Shown: positions 1 through 12,580 of the stretch, in pieces
Layout of the letters: every line of letters begins with the position of its first letter
How positions within the stretch are numbered: position 1 is the first letter of the stretch
Source: Antedon mediterranea
Taxonomy: Eukaryota > Animalia > Echinodermata
Assembly: GCF_964355755.1 (NCBI RefSeq)
Contig: NC_092676.1
Span: 30,274,871 to 30,338,870 of the forward strand
Direction of reading: 5' to 3'
DNA: 64,000 nt
Position numbers and translations under genes: made by a program
The notes under the pieces: model-generated
What the model was told of the DNA's origin: nothing
Databases searched by the model: none
What the model saw: the letters and a program-made list of their open reading frames with translations, nothing else

Positions 1-699
1 AACTGAAACTGGAGAAAGGCACTATATCGGGGCAAGCAGACGACGAGGACACAGGACCATGTGATTCTGCGATGCTTAAAGAGGCGCTTAGACTATGAAG
101 TTTGACAAGTATGTCAGAAGTCGTTTTTTGTTACCAGTGCTATCTGAACCATGACAATATTACAACAAGATGCAGAAATCAACAGACATTTATTTATTAT
201 TTTTAAGTATTCTCAAATGGCATTACATTATTGCCATTCTTTGCTAAATTATTTACATTCCCTGTTTTATTTCATCATATTATTAAGCTCCTGAGACATT
301 TTATGATTGCTATATGTGCTTCTAACATACATACTATTTCTTAACCTAAACAAGTATATATCTGTTGAACCATCACATGGTTTGTGAATATTAATAATTA
401 ATTAGAAAGAAGATATATTTGATAAAAAGAGATATTTAATAAAAAATTAATTAATCAGTTAATTGATATTTAAATCCATTTTTTATGATCAAAGCAAAAA
501 TTTGTAATTGTTTTTTAGGGTAAAGTTTGATAAAAGGAGAAATTGAGAATAAATTATTTGATGATAAAGTATATAGGCCTACTAAATGGAAACACTCACT
601 GAAATAAATAATAATAACTATATTATTTATTATGTAAATACATTTGTTCAGTTTATAATTATATTGTTATACTTGTTGAGACAATTTCAACCATATGTG

Positions 700-2056
700 T
701 TAGTGTTTTGCTTGCTTATAAAGTTTCAAAATTTCTATACCATCTTTTAATTCATCATCTTCTCGTAACCTCTTATTGCAATATTGTTGAAGGTCATTGA
801 CCTCAGATGACCTCATTTTTGTTATTTCAATGATTTCTGCTGCTGTTGCATCTGTAAGAATCTGGTGGAAATAAACACCTTGATATCAATATAAGAAGCT
901 GGCCTTCCTCTTTTTATACATTGTTATTGGCAGGTACTAGTTTGACAAAAAAGTGCGATGTGCCCAAACATGGTATTGATATTACCAAATATGGTAGTGA
1001 TATATATATATGGGCACATCACATTTTTTTGTCACAAAAAGTTTAATAGAAGTGTAGAAAAAATGACATAAATTACTTTTAGATATCTATTTTTGACAGA
1101 CTGAGACTTAATATTTATGTTGGCATTCCCCCCCCCCCCCCTTGTTTGAGTAAAAGATCCAGGATCTGCCCCTAATTAAACAGTTGAAAATAATACCTTG
1201 CCTGTGTTGTAATAAAAATGATAAAGTAAGTGCAGTGTTACTTGTTCTTTGATTCTTAATTTTCAAATTAACTTTATCAATTTGTTTTAAATCATCATCG
1301 TTTCTTATTCTTGAAACATTCAAATATGAATTACAGTCTACCAACATGAAAACTCATGGCTGAAAAGTTCTGGTTTTCAGAATGTTCTCTACAAACTGTA
1401 GTAAGACAGTAAGAAAATGTATGAGTTGGTTTACCTGTAATTCATGTTTTGTCAGAAGTGGGATGCGTGCAGGATTTTTCTTGATTGATTTAGCCACGAC
1501 GCTCAACACCTTCTCTGTGGAGTCCGTCTGATCAGTTCCTTGAGTGTTGACCAGCTCAATATCTGTATAATTTATAATAAGTATCTTTAAGGTATAAAAC
1601 AATATTTGTAAAAAATCTGTTTTATTATGGAATATTTTGAAACATACAGTATGATATTTTGATGATTAGTATTGTAGATTAGGGAGGGGTGGGGGCTAAA
1701 TATTTCATAACTGATAAAAACGATCAGTCGAGTTGCAAAAAAATAAAAATAGCTGGTGGGGGCTAAAGCCTGTTTATCCGCGCCTGTATATATTTCACAA
1801 AATATGTACCACTTCTTTTTGCAGTCCAAGTTTGTCCATCAGCGAGGGCCATTAATAGCACATACTTCGGTAATGATTGAAAATATTCATCATCCTCTAA
1901 TATTGTACCATCAATATCTTCTACAATTGTCAGTCTGTCATTTTGTACATTGAAATACTTTTTGACTTTTTCCACAATGTCTGTTATCGTTGATGCCGTT
2001 ACTCCAATTTGTTTTGTTCGATCCGCATTACACACTTTCAAAGGTTTTCGGTCCAT
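700..2056 (-). CDS. DFFA: DNA fragmentation factor alpha (ICAD/DFF45)-like, ~178 aa, 3 coding exons
   Basis: Exons 2056-1810, 1562-1435 and 861-700 join in frame at GT-AG sites. The N-terminus is a CIDE-N domain (KPLKVCNADR...LTIVEDIDGTILEDDEYFQSLP). A caspase-3-type site DQTD/S matches human DETD/S, followed by DFF-C-like helices (LLTKHELQ|ILTD...EILKLYKQA). Confidence 0.85.
936..1057. mobile_element. Degenerate copy of the ~150-bp MITE family, in DFFA intron 2
   Basis: Shares tgacaaaaaagtg.gatgtgcccaaa, atatggtagtgatat and atgggcacatcacattttttgtcaca with the copies at 18211, 28383, 38952 and 41855. Confidence 0.65.
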
Positions 2057-2549
2057 AATGACATTAAATAACCATTACCAACTCCATCTAAAATATTATA
2101 ATATATAAGTTCATTAAAATTAAATTTGGCAAAACAAAGGGCTAATATACCATTCTGACACTGTACCCTTCACTGAATTACCCCCTCACTCAGCTAGTAG
2201 TACTAGCCTAGTACTACTAGTAGTAGTACTACTAGTAGTGTAGTAGGCCTAGGCTAGGCCTAGACCAAGTCACCAAGATTCATTTAAAATGTTCATCTTA
2301 CATTCATATAGACGATCCAATTATATTAAAATTCAAACCTTTTAAAATAACAAGAATGTAGGACCGGCGTGAAGTTGGTTACTTATTCCTTATTCGATAT
2401 TCAATTTTTTTTGTGAAGTTGGATCCTTATTCGACATTCACATTCACATTCACATGTATGGGGCGCAATATGTGTAATATTTTAATTAAATGATTTTATA
2501 CTTACGGCTTAGATTAACTAGGGCTATGATTTATATTTATATTTATATT

Positions 2550-3820
2550 TAAAACCTTACTACAATTTAACGTTTTTATAAAAAATGCAATATAACCGGA
2601 TGATATATAAGGCTATAATTACGTTATAAACGGCATAGACCGGGATGACGATACATGGGTTGGAGTGAGTAGGATCCAGTCATTTCAGAAAATTTTCTCT
2701 TGCCCGGCCCCGGTCCATGCCGTCTAGCTGTCATTTTACGCCATTTTAAAACGTTACTACAATTTAACGTTTTTTAAATAAAAAATGCAATATAACAGGA
2801 TGATATATAGGGCTATAATTACGTTATAAACGGCATGGACCGGGATGACGATACATGGGATGGGGCAAGTAGGGTCCAGTCAATTCAGAAAAATACAACT
2901 TGCCCCGGTCCATGCCGTCTAGCTATCATTTTACGCCATTTTAAAACGTTACTACAATTTAACGTTTTTTTATAAAAAATGCAATATAACCGAATGATTT
3001 ATAGGGCTATAATTACGTTATAAACGGCATGGACCGGGATGACGATACATGGGTTGGGGCTAGTAGGGTCCAGTCGTTTCAGAAAAATACCACTTGCCCC
3101 GGTCCATGCCGTCTAGCTGTCATTTTACGCCATTTTAAAACGTTACTACAATTTAACGTTTTTTTAAATAAAAAATGCAATATAACAGGATGATATATAG
3201 GGCTATAATTACGTTATAAACGGCATGGACCGGGATGAAGATACATGGGTTGGGGCAAGTAGGGTCCAGTCAATTCAGAAAAATACCACTTGCCCCGGTC
3301 CATGCCGTCTAGCTGTCATTTTACGCCATTTTAAAACGTTACTACAATTTAAGGTTTTCATAAAAAATGCAATATAACCGAATGATTTATAGGGCTATAA
3401 TTACGTTATAAACGGCATGGACCGGGATGACGATACATGGGTTGGGGCTAGTAGGGTCCAGTAGTTTCAGAAAAATACCACTTGACCCGGTCCATGCCAT
3501 CTAGCTGCCATTTCACGTCATTTTAAAACCTTACTACAATTTAACGTTTTTATAAAAAATGCAATATAACCGGATGATATATAAGGCTATAATTACGTTA
3601 TAAACGGCATGGACCGGAATGACGATACATGGGTTGGGGCGAGTAGGATCCAGTCATTTCAGAAAATTATCTCTTGCCCCGGTCCATGCCGTCTAGCTGT
3701 CATTTTACGCCATTTTAAAACGTTACTACAATTTAACGTTTTTAAAAATAAAAAATGCAATATAAATGCATGATTTATAGGGCTATAATTACGTTATAAA
3801 CGGCATGGACCGGGATGACG
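2550..3820 (+). repeat. ~196-bp tandem repeat array, left arm (~6.5 units)
   Basis: Recurring gggctataattacgttataaacggcatggaccgggatgacgatacatgggttgggg...ccccggtccatgccgtctagct with a period of ~195-200 bp. Confidence 0.95.
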
Positions 3821-4029
3821 ACTGGACCCTACTCGCCCCAACCCATGTATCGTCATCCCGGTCCATGCCGTTTACAACGTAATTATAGAACTAAAAATCA
3901 TACGTTTATATTGCATTTTTTATAAAAACGTCAAATTTTAGTAACGTTTTAAAATGGCAGCTAGACGGCATGGACCGGGGCAAGTGGTATTTTTCTGAAA
4001 CAAATGGACCATACTAGCCCCAACCCATG

Positions 4030-4439
4030 TGTAGTGAATTTATCTTTAGTTGGTTCCGAGCTTTCTCAGGCGTATATATATATAACTCCACGCGACGTAC
4101 ACTGTCACTGAATGATAACTCATACAAAAAGTATATTTAACTCAACTAGAACTTTTATTCCTTGTAATTCGATTAATACATCTTTCTACCACTACCAGTC
4201 AAGCCTTAATATTTTCTTTATCATCTTTCCGTTTATCTACTCTGATCTTATTCTCTCTTCTCCCCCTAATATCTATTACATTCCACTTTTATACTGGACA
4301 TGCAAATTTTAGGCTTCAGAGGAGGATAACATTTTCCCTCCAAAAATTATACGATTTTGATTGGCTAATAATATAAGGCGGACCTGGTCTAAAGCATCCT
4401 TCTCTAAACACAGAGAATCACAACATCAATAACATGACA
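4030..4439 (-). mobile_element. Solo LTR (410 bp) nested in the repeat array
   Basis: Begins TGT and ends ACA. A 5-bp duplication CCATG (4025-4029, 4440-4444) splits a repeat unit exactly. CCAAT and AATAAA occur on the minus strand. Confidence 0.8.
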
Positions 4440-7400
4440 CCATGTATCGTCATCCCGGTCCATGCCATTTATAACGTAATTATAGCCCTATAAATCATTC
4501 GGTTATATTGCATTTTTTATTTAAAAAAATTAAATTGTAGTAACGTTTTAAAATGGCGTAAAATGACAGCTAGACGGCATGGACCGGGGCAAGTGGTATT
4601 TTTCTGAAACAACTGAACCCTAATAGCCCCAACCGATGTATCGTCATCCCGGTCCATGCCGTTTATAACGTAATTATAGCCCTATAAATCATACGTTTAC
4701 ATTGCATTTTTTATGAAAACCTTAAATTGTAGTAACGTTTTAAAATGGCGTAAAATGACAGCTAGACGGCATGGACCGGGATAAGAGGTATTTTTCTGAA
4801 ATGACTGGACCCTACTCGCCCCAACCCATGTATCGTCATCCCGGTCCATGCCGTTTATAACGTAATTATAGCCCTATATATCATCCGGTTATATTGCATT
4901 TGTTATAAAAACGTTAAATTGTAGTAAGGTTTTAAAATGGCGTAAAATGATAGCTAGACGGCATGGACCGGGACAAGTGGTATTTTTCTGTAATGACTGA
5001 ACCCTAATAGCCCAAACCGATGTATCGTTATGCCGGTCCATGCCGTTTATAACGTAATTATAGCCCTATAAATCATCCGGTTATATTGCATTTTTTATTA
5101 AAAAAAACGTTAAATTGTAGTAACGTTTTAAAATGGCGTAAAATGATAGCTAGACGGCATGGACCGGGGCAAGTGGTATTTTTCTGAATTGACTGGACCC
5201 TACTTACCCCAACCGATGTATCGGCATCCCGGTCCATGCCGTTTATAACGTAATTATAGCCCTATAAACCATTCGGTTATATTGCATTTTTTATTTAAAA
5301 AAACGTTAAATTGTAGTAACGTTTTAAAATGGCGTAAAATGATAGATAGACGGCATGGACCGGGGCAAGTGGTATTTTTCTGAATTGACTGGACCCTACT
5401 TGCCCCAACCCATGTATCGTCATCCCGGTCCATGCCGTTTATAACGTAATTATAGCCCTATAAATCATATGTTTACATTGCATTTTTTATGAAAACCTTA
5501 AATTGTAGTAACGTTTTAAAATGGCGTATAATGACAGCTAGACGGCATGGACCGGGGTAAGAGGTATTTTTCTTAAATGACTGGACCCTACTCGCCCCAA
5601 TCCATGTATCGTCATCCCGGTCCATGCCGTTTATAACGTAATTACAGCCCTATATATTTCATCAGGTTATATTGCATTTTTTATAAAAACGTTAAATTGT
5701 AGTAAGGTTTTAAAATGGCGTGAAATGGCAGCTAGACGGCATGGACCGGGTCAAGTGGTATTTTTCTGAAACTACTGGACCCTACTAGCCCCAACCCATG
5801 TATCGTCATCCCGGTCCATGCCGTTTATAACGTAATTATAGCCCTATAAATCATTCGGTTATATTGCATTTTGTATTTAAAAAAATTAAATTGTAGTAAC
5901 AGTAACGTTTTAAAATGGCTTAAAATGACAGCTAGACGGCATGGACCGGGGCAAGTGGTATTTTTCTGAAATGAATGGACCCTACTCGCCCCAACCCATG
6001 TATCGTTATCCCGGTCCATGCCGTTTATAACGTAATTATAGCCCTATATTTCATCCGGTTATATTGCAATTTTTATAAAAACGTGAAATTGTAGTAACGT
6101 TTTAAAATGGCGTGAAATGGCAGCTAGACGGCATGGACCGGGTCAAGTGGTATTTTTTTTAAACTACTGGACCCTACTAGCCCCAACCCATGTATCGTCA
6201 TCCCGGTCCATGCCGTTTATAACGTATTTATAGCCCTATAAATCATTCGGTTATATTGCATTTTTTATTTTTAAAAATTAAACTGTAGGACCGGTAACGT
6301 TTTAAAATGGCGTAAAATGACAGCTAGACGGCATGGACCGGAGCAAGTGGTATTTTTCTGAAATGACTGGACCCTACTCGCCCCAACCCATGTATCGTCA
6401 TTCCGGTCCATGCCGTTTATAACGTAATTATAGCCCTATATATCATCCTGTTATATTGAATTTTTTATTTAAAAAAACGTTAAATTGTAGTAACGTTTTA
6501 AAATGGCGTAAAATGACAGCTAGACGGCATGGACCGAGGCAAGTGGCATTTTTCTGAAACGACAGGACCCTACTAGCTCCAACCCATGTATCGTCATCCC
6601 GGTCCATGCCGTTTATAACGTAATTATAGCCCTATAAATCATACGGTTATATTGCATTTTTTATAAAAAAAACTTAAATTGTGGTAACGTTTTAAAATGG
6701 CGTAAAATGGCAGCTAGACGGCATGGACCGGGGCAAGTGGTATTTTTCTGAAATGACTGGACCATACTTGCCCCAACCCATGTATCGTCATCCCGGTCCA
6801 TGCCGTTTATAACGTAATTATAGCCCTATATTTCATCCGGTTATATTGCAATTTTTATAAAAACGTGAAATTGTAGTAAGGTTTTAAAATGGCGTGAAAT
6901 GGCAGCTAGACGGCATGGACCGGGTCAAGTGGTATTTTTTTTAAACTACTGGACCCTACTAGCCCCAACCCATGTATCGTCATCCTGGTCCATGCCGTTT
7001 ATAACGTATTTATAGCCCTATAAATCATTCGGTTATATTGCATTTTTTATTTTTAAAAATTAAATTGTAGGACCGGTAACGTTTTAAAATGGCGTAAAAT
7101 GATAGCTAGACGGCATGGACCGGGGCAAGTGGTATTTTTCTGAATTGACTGGACCCTACTTGCCCCAACCCATGTATCGTCATCCCGGTCCATGCCGTTT
7201 ATAACGTAATTATAGCCCTATAAATCATTCGGTTATATTGCATTTTTTTTATAAAAAAACACGTTAAATTGTAGTAACGTTTTAAAATGGCGTAAAATGA
7301 TAGCTAGACGGCATGGACCGGGACAAGTGGTATTTTTCTGAATTGACTGGACCCTACTTGCCCCAACCCATGTATCGTCATCCCGGTCCATGCCGTTTAT

Positions 7401-10400
7401 AACGTAATTATAGCCCTATACATCATACGTTTACATTGCATTTTTTATGAAAACCTTAAATTGTAGTAACGTTTTAAAATGGCGTAAAATGACAGCTAGA
7501 CGGCATGGACCGGGGTAAGAGGTATTTTTCTGAAATGACTGGACCCTACTCGCCCCAACCCATGTATCGTCATCCTGGTCCATGCCGTTTATAACGTAGT
7601 TACAGCCCTTATATATATCATCCGGTTATATTGCATTTTTTATAAAAACGTTAAATTGTAGTAAGGTTTTAAAATGGCGTGAAATGGCAGCTAGACGGCA
7701 TGGACCGGGTCAAGTGGTATTTTTCTGAAACTACTGGACCCTACTAGCCCCAACCCATGTATCGTCATCCCGGTCCATGCCGTTTATAACGTAATTATAG
7801 CCCTATAAATCATTCGGTTATATTGCATTTTTTTTATAAAAAAACACGTTAAATTGTAGTAACGTTTTAAAATGGCGTAAAATGATAGCTAGACGGCATG
7901 GACCGAGGTAAGAGGTATTTTTCTGAAATGACTGGACCCTGCTCGCCCCAACCCATGTATCGTCATCCCGGTCCATGCCGTTTATAACGTATTTATAGCC
8001 CTATAAATCATTCGGTTATATTGCATTTTTTATTTTTAAAAATTTAAAAATTAAATTGTAGGACCGGTAACGTTTTAAAATGGCGTAAAATGATAGCTAG
8101 ACGGCATGGACCGGGGCAAGTGGTATTTTTCTGAATTGACTGGACCCTACTTGCCCCAACCCATGTATCGTCATCCCGGTCCATGCCGTTTATAACGTAA
8201 TTATAGCCCTATAAATCATTCGGTTATATTGCATTTTTTTATAAAAAAACACGTTAAATTGTAGTAACGTTTTAAAATGGCGTAAAATGATAGCTAGACG
8301 GCATGGACCGGGACAAGTGGTATTTTTCTGAATTGACTGGACCCTACTTGCCCCAACCCATGTATCGTCATCCCGGTCCATGCCGTTTATAACGTAATTA
8401 TAGCCCTATACATCATACGTTTACATTACATTTTTTATGAAAACCTTAAATTGTAGTAACTTTTTAAAATGGCGTAAAATGACAGCTAGACGGCATGGAC
8501 CGGGGTAAGAGGTATTTTTCTTAAATGACTGGACCCTACTCGCCCCAACCCATGTATCGTCATCCCGGTCCATGCCGTTTATAACGTAATTACAGCCCTA
8601 TATATCATCCGGTTATATTGCATTTTTTATAAAAACGTTAAATTGTAGTAAGGTTTTAAAATGGCGTGAAATGGCAGCTAGACGGCATGGACCGGGTCAA
8701 GTGGTATTTTTCTGAAACTACTGGACCCTACTAGCCCCAACCCATGTATCGTCATCCCGGTCCATGCCGTTTATAACGTAATTATAGCCCTATAAATCAT
8801 TCGGTTATATTGCATTTTGTATTTTAAAAAATTAAATTGTAGTAACAGTAACGTTTTAAAATGGCTTAAAATGACAGCTAGACGGCATGGACCGGGGCAA
8901 GTGGTATTTTTCTGAAATGAATGGACCCTACTCGCCCCAACCCATGTATCGTCATCCCGGTCCATGCCGTTTATAACGTAATTACAGCCCTATATATCAT
9001 CCGGTTATATTGCATTTTTTATAAAAACGTTAAATTGTACTAAGGTTTTAAAATGGCGTGAAATGGCAGCTAGACGGCATGGACCGGGTCAAGTGGTATT
9101 TTTCTGAAACTACTGGACCCTACTAGCCCCAACCCATGTATCGTCATCCCGGTCCATGCCGTTTATAACGTAATTATAGCCCTATAAATCATTCGGTTAT
9201 ATTGCATTTTGTATTTAAAAAAATTAAATTGTAGTAACAGTAACGTTTTAAAATGGCTTAAAATGACAGCTAGACGGCATGGACCGGGGCAAGTGGTATT
9301 TTTCTGAAATGAATGGACCCTACTAGCCCCAACCCATGTATCGTCATCCCGGTCCATGCCGTTTATAACGTAATTATAGCCCTATAAATCATTCGGTTAT
9401 ATTGCATTTTGTATTTAAAAAAATTAAATTGTAGTAACAGTAACGTTTTAAAATGGCTTAAAATGACAGCTAGACGGCATGGACCGGGGCAAGTGGTATT
9501 TTTCTGAAATGAATGGACCCTACTCGCCCCAACCCATGTATCGTTATCCCGGTCCATGCCGTTTATAACGTAATTATAGCCCTATATATCATCATGTTAT
9601 ATTGCATTTTTTATTTTAAAAAACGTTAAATTGTAGTAACGTTTTGAAATGGCATAAAATGATAGCTAGACGGCATGGACCAGGGCAAGTGGTATTTTTC
9701 TGAATTGACTGGACCCTACTTGCCCCAACCGATGTATCGTCATCCCGGTCCATGCCGTTTATAACGTAATTATAGCCCTATAAATCATTCGGTTATATTG
9801 CATTTTTTTTTATAAAAAAACACGTTAATATGTAGTAACGTTTTAAAATGGCGTAAAATGATAGCTAGACGGCATGGACCGAGGTACGTAAGAGGTATTT
9901 TTCTGAAATGACTGGACCCTGCTTGACCCAACCCATGTATCGTCATCCCGGTCCATGCCGTTTATAACGTATTTATAGCCCTATAAATCATTCGGTTATA
10001 TTGCATTTTTTATTTTTAAAAATTAAATTGTAGGACCGGTAACGTTTTAAAATGGCGTAAAATGATAGCTAGACGGCATGGACCGGGGCAAGTGGTATTT
10101 TTCTGAATTGACTGGACCCTACTTGCCCCAACCCATGTATCGTCATCCCGGTCCATGCCGTTTATAACGTAATTATAGCCCTATAAATCATTCGGTTATA
10201 TTGCATTTTTTTATAAAAAAACACGTTAAATTGTAGTAACGTTTTAAAATGGCGTAAAATGATAGCTAGACGGCATGGACCGAGGTAAGAGGTATTTTTC
10301 TGAAATGACTGGATCGACCCTGCTCGCCCCAACCCATGTATCGTCATCCCGGTCCATGCCGTTTATAACGTAATTACAGCCCTATATCATCCGGTTATAT

Positions 10401-11777
10401 TGCATTTTTTATAAAAACGTTAAATTGTAGTAAGGTTTTAAAATGGCGTGAAATGGCAGCTAGACGGCATGGACCGGGTCAAGTGGTATTTTTCTGAAAC
10501 TACTGGACCCTACTAGCCCCAACCCATGTATCGTCATCCCGGTCCATGCCGTTTATAACGTATTTATAGCCCTATAAATCATTCGGTTATATTGCATTTT
10601 TTATTTTTAAAAATTAAATTGTAGGACCGGTAACGTTTTAAAATGGCGTAAAATGATAGCTAGACGGCATGGACCGGGGCAAGTGGTATTTTTCTGAATT
10701 GACTGGACCCTACTTGCCCCAACCCATGTATCGTCATCCCGGTCCATGCCGTTTATAACGTAATTATAGCCCTATAAATCATTCGGTTATATTGCATTTT
10801 TTTATAAAAAAACACGTTAAATTGTAGTAACGTTTTAAAATGGCGTAAAATGATAGCTAGACGGCATGGACCGAGGTAAGAGGTATTTTTCTGAAATGAC
10901 TGGATCGACCCTGCTCGCCCCAACCCATGTATCGTCATCCCGGTCCATGCCGTTTATAACGTAATTACAGCCCTATATCATCCGGTTATATTGCATTTTT
11001 TATAAAAACGTTAAATTGTAGTAAGGTTTTAAAATGGCGTGAAATGGCAGCTAGACGGCATGGACCGGGTCAAGTGGTATTTTTCTGAAACTACTGGACC
11101 CTACTAGCCCCAACCCATGTATCGTCATCCCGGTCCATGCCGTTTATAACGTAATTATAGCCCTATAAATCATTCGGTTATATTGCATTTTTTATTAAAA
11201 AAAACCCCGTTAAATTGTAGTAGCGTTTTAAAATGGCGTAAAATGATAGCTAGACGGCATGGACCGGGGCAAGTGGTATTTTTCTGAATTGACTGGACCC
11301 TACTTGCCCCAACCCATGTATCGTCATCCCGGTCCATGCCGTTTATAACGTAATTATAGCCCTATAAATCATTCGGTTATATTGCATTTTTTTATAAAAA
11401 AACACGTTAAATTGTAGTAACGTTTTAAAATGGCGTAAAATGATAGCTAGACGGCATGGACCGGGACAAGTGGTATTTTTCTGAATTGACTGGACCCTAC
11501 TTGCCCCAACCCATGTATCGTCATCCCGGTCCATGCCGTTTATAACGTAATTATAGCCCTATACATCATACGTTTACATTGCATTTTTTATGAAAACCTT
11601 AAATTGTAGTAACGTTTTAAAATGGCGTAAAATGACAGCTAGACGGCATGGACCGGGGTAAGAGGTATTTTTCTTAAATGACTGGACCCTACTCGCCCCA
11701 ACCCATGTATCGTCATCCCGGTCCATGCCGTTTATAACGTAATTACAGCCCTATATATCATCCGGTTATATTGCATT

Positions 11778-12580
11778 TTTAGTCGCGTGGAAGCGACTCT
11801 ATAGTTCACTATGTCGGTCGGTCGGTCTGTCTGTCTGTCTGTCTGTCGGTCTGTGTGTCGGTCTGTCTGTCGGTCTGTCTGTCTGTCTGTCGGTCCGGTA
11901 TCACTATGCGTTTTATCGCTTTATGACCTTATCTTGATATCAGTTTAATCTAGCTAAATCAATTTTTCACAGAATATTCCTTATGGCCAGGAATCGATGT
12001 GGTTATGATTTCACGGTGCGCAATAAAAAATTACGCGGTCTACGCACGATTTAACGAAATCACGTTTGTAATCATATCTTAACAACCATGAATCACAATT
12101 AAATAAAATTTGGTACTCATAAATTTCAGGGCATAAATCATCATATGGCAATACAATTACGTGCGTAGCGCATGTAACGCATGCGTACGCGCGCCTAAAA
12201 TTTTCAAAATTTATTTTCGATAAAATAAGAGTACGTTTCAGGCAATTTTAAGCGTTTACAAAATTGCCATGAGTGCGCAGATTTTTGCGCGCGCACTGCG
12301 CGTTAAATGTTATTGCGCACTCTTTTTGCCCGATTTCTGTTTTCTTGACTTACTTTTCAACTTAAATTACGTTATACGAGCACGTCAAAAGTGACAGGCT
12401 ACGCACGTGTAAATTAAAAAAATATAAATATTTTAAACATGTTCAGTAATTTCGGTCAGTATAGTTCACTATGTCGGTCGGTCCGTCTGTCTGTCGGTCT
12501 GTCTGTCTGTCGGTCTGTTTGTCTGTCGGTCCGGTATCACTATGCATTGTAGCACGCGACTTAATGGCTGTTGGCCTTGT
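11778..12580 (+). mobile_element. Helentron-associated non-autonomous element (HINE/DINE-1-like), ~800 bp
   Basis: Inserted in a T-run with no TSD. It has subterminal inverted repeats AGTCGCGTG (11781) / CACGCGACT (12553), a 5' partial hairpin agtcgcgtggaagcgact and two (GTCY)n microsatellite blocks. It ends in a short GC stem followed by ...CTTGTT. Confidence 0.8.

Noticed and set aside
1-98. Possible last coding exon of an upstream + strand gene (...DSAMLKEALRL*)
   Set aside because: It is too short and truncated by the window edge, with no recognisable motif.
1108-1347. ORF starting MLVD, resembling human DFFA 'LQMLVD', as an alternative exon
   Set aside because: There is no in-frame acceptor, and the exon at 861-700 already supplies this region.
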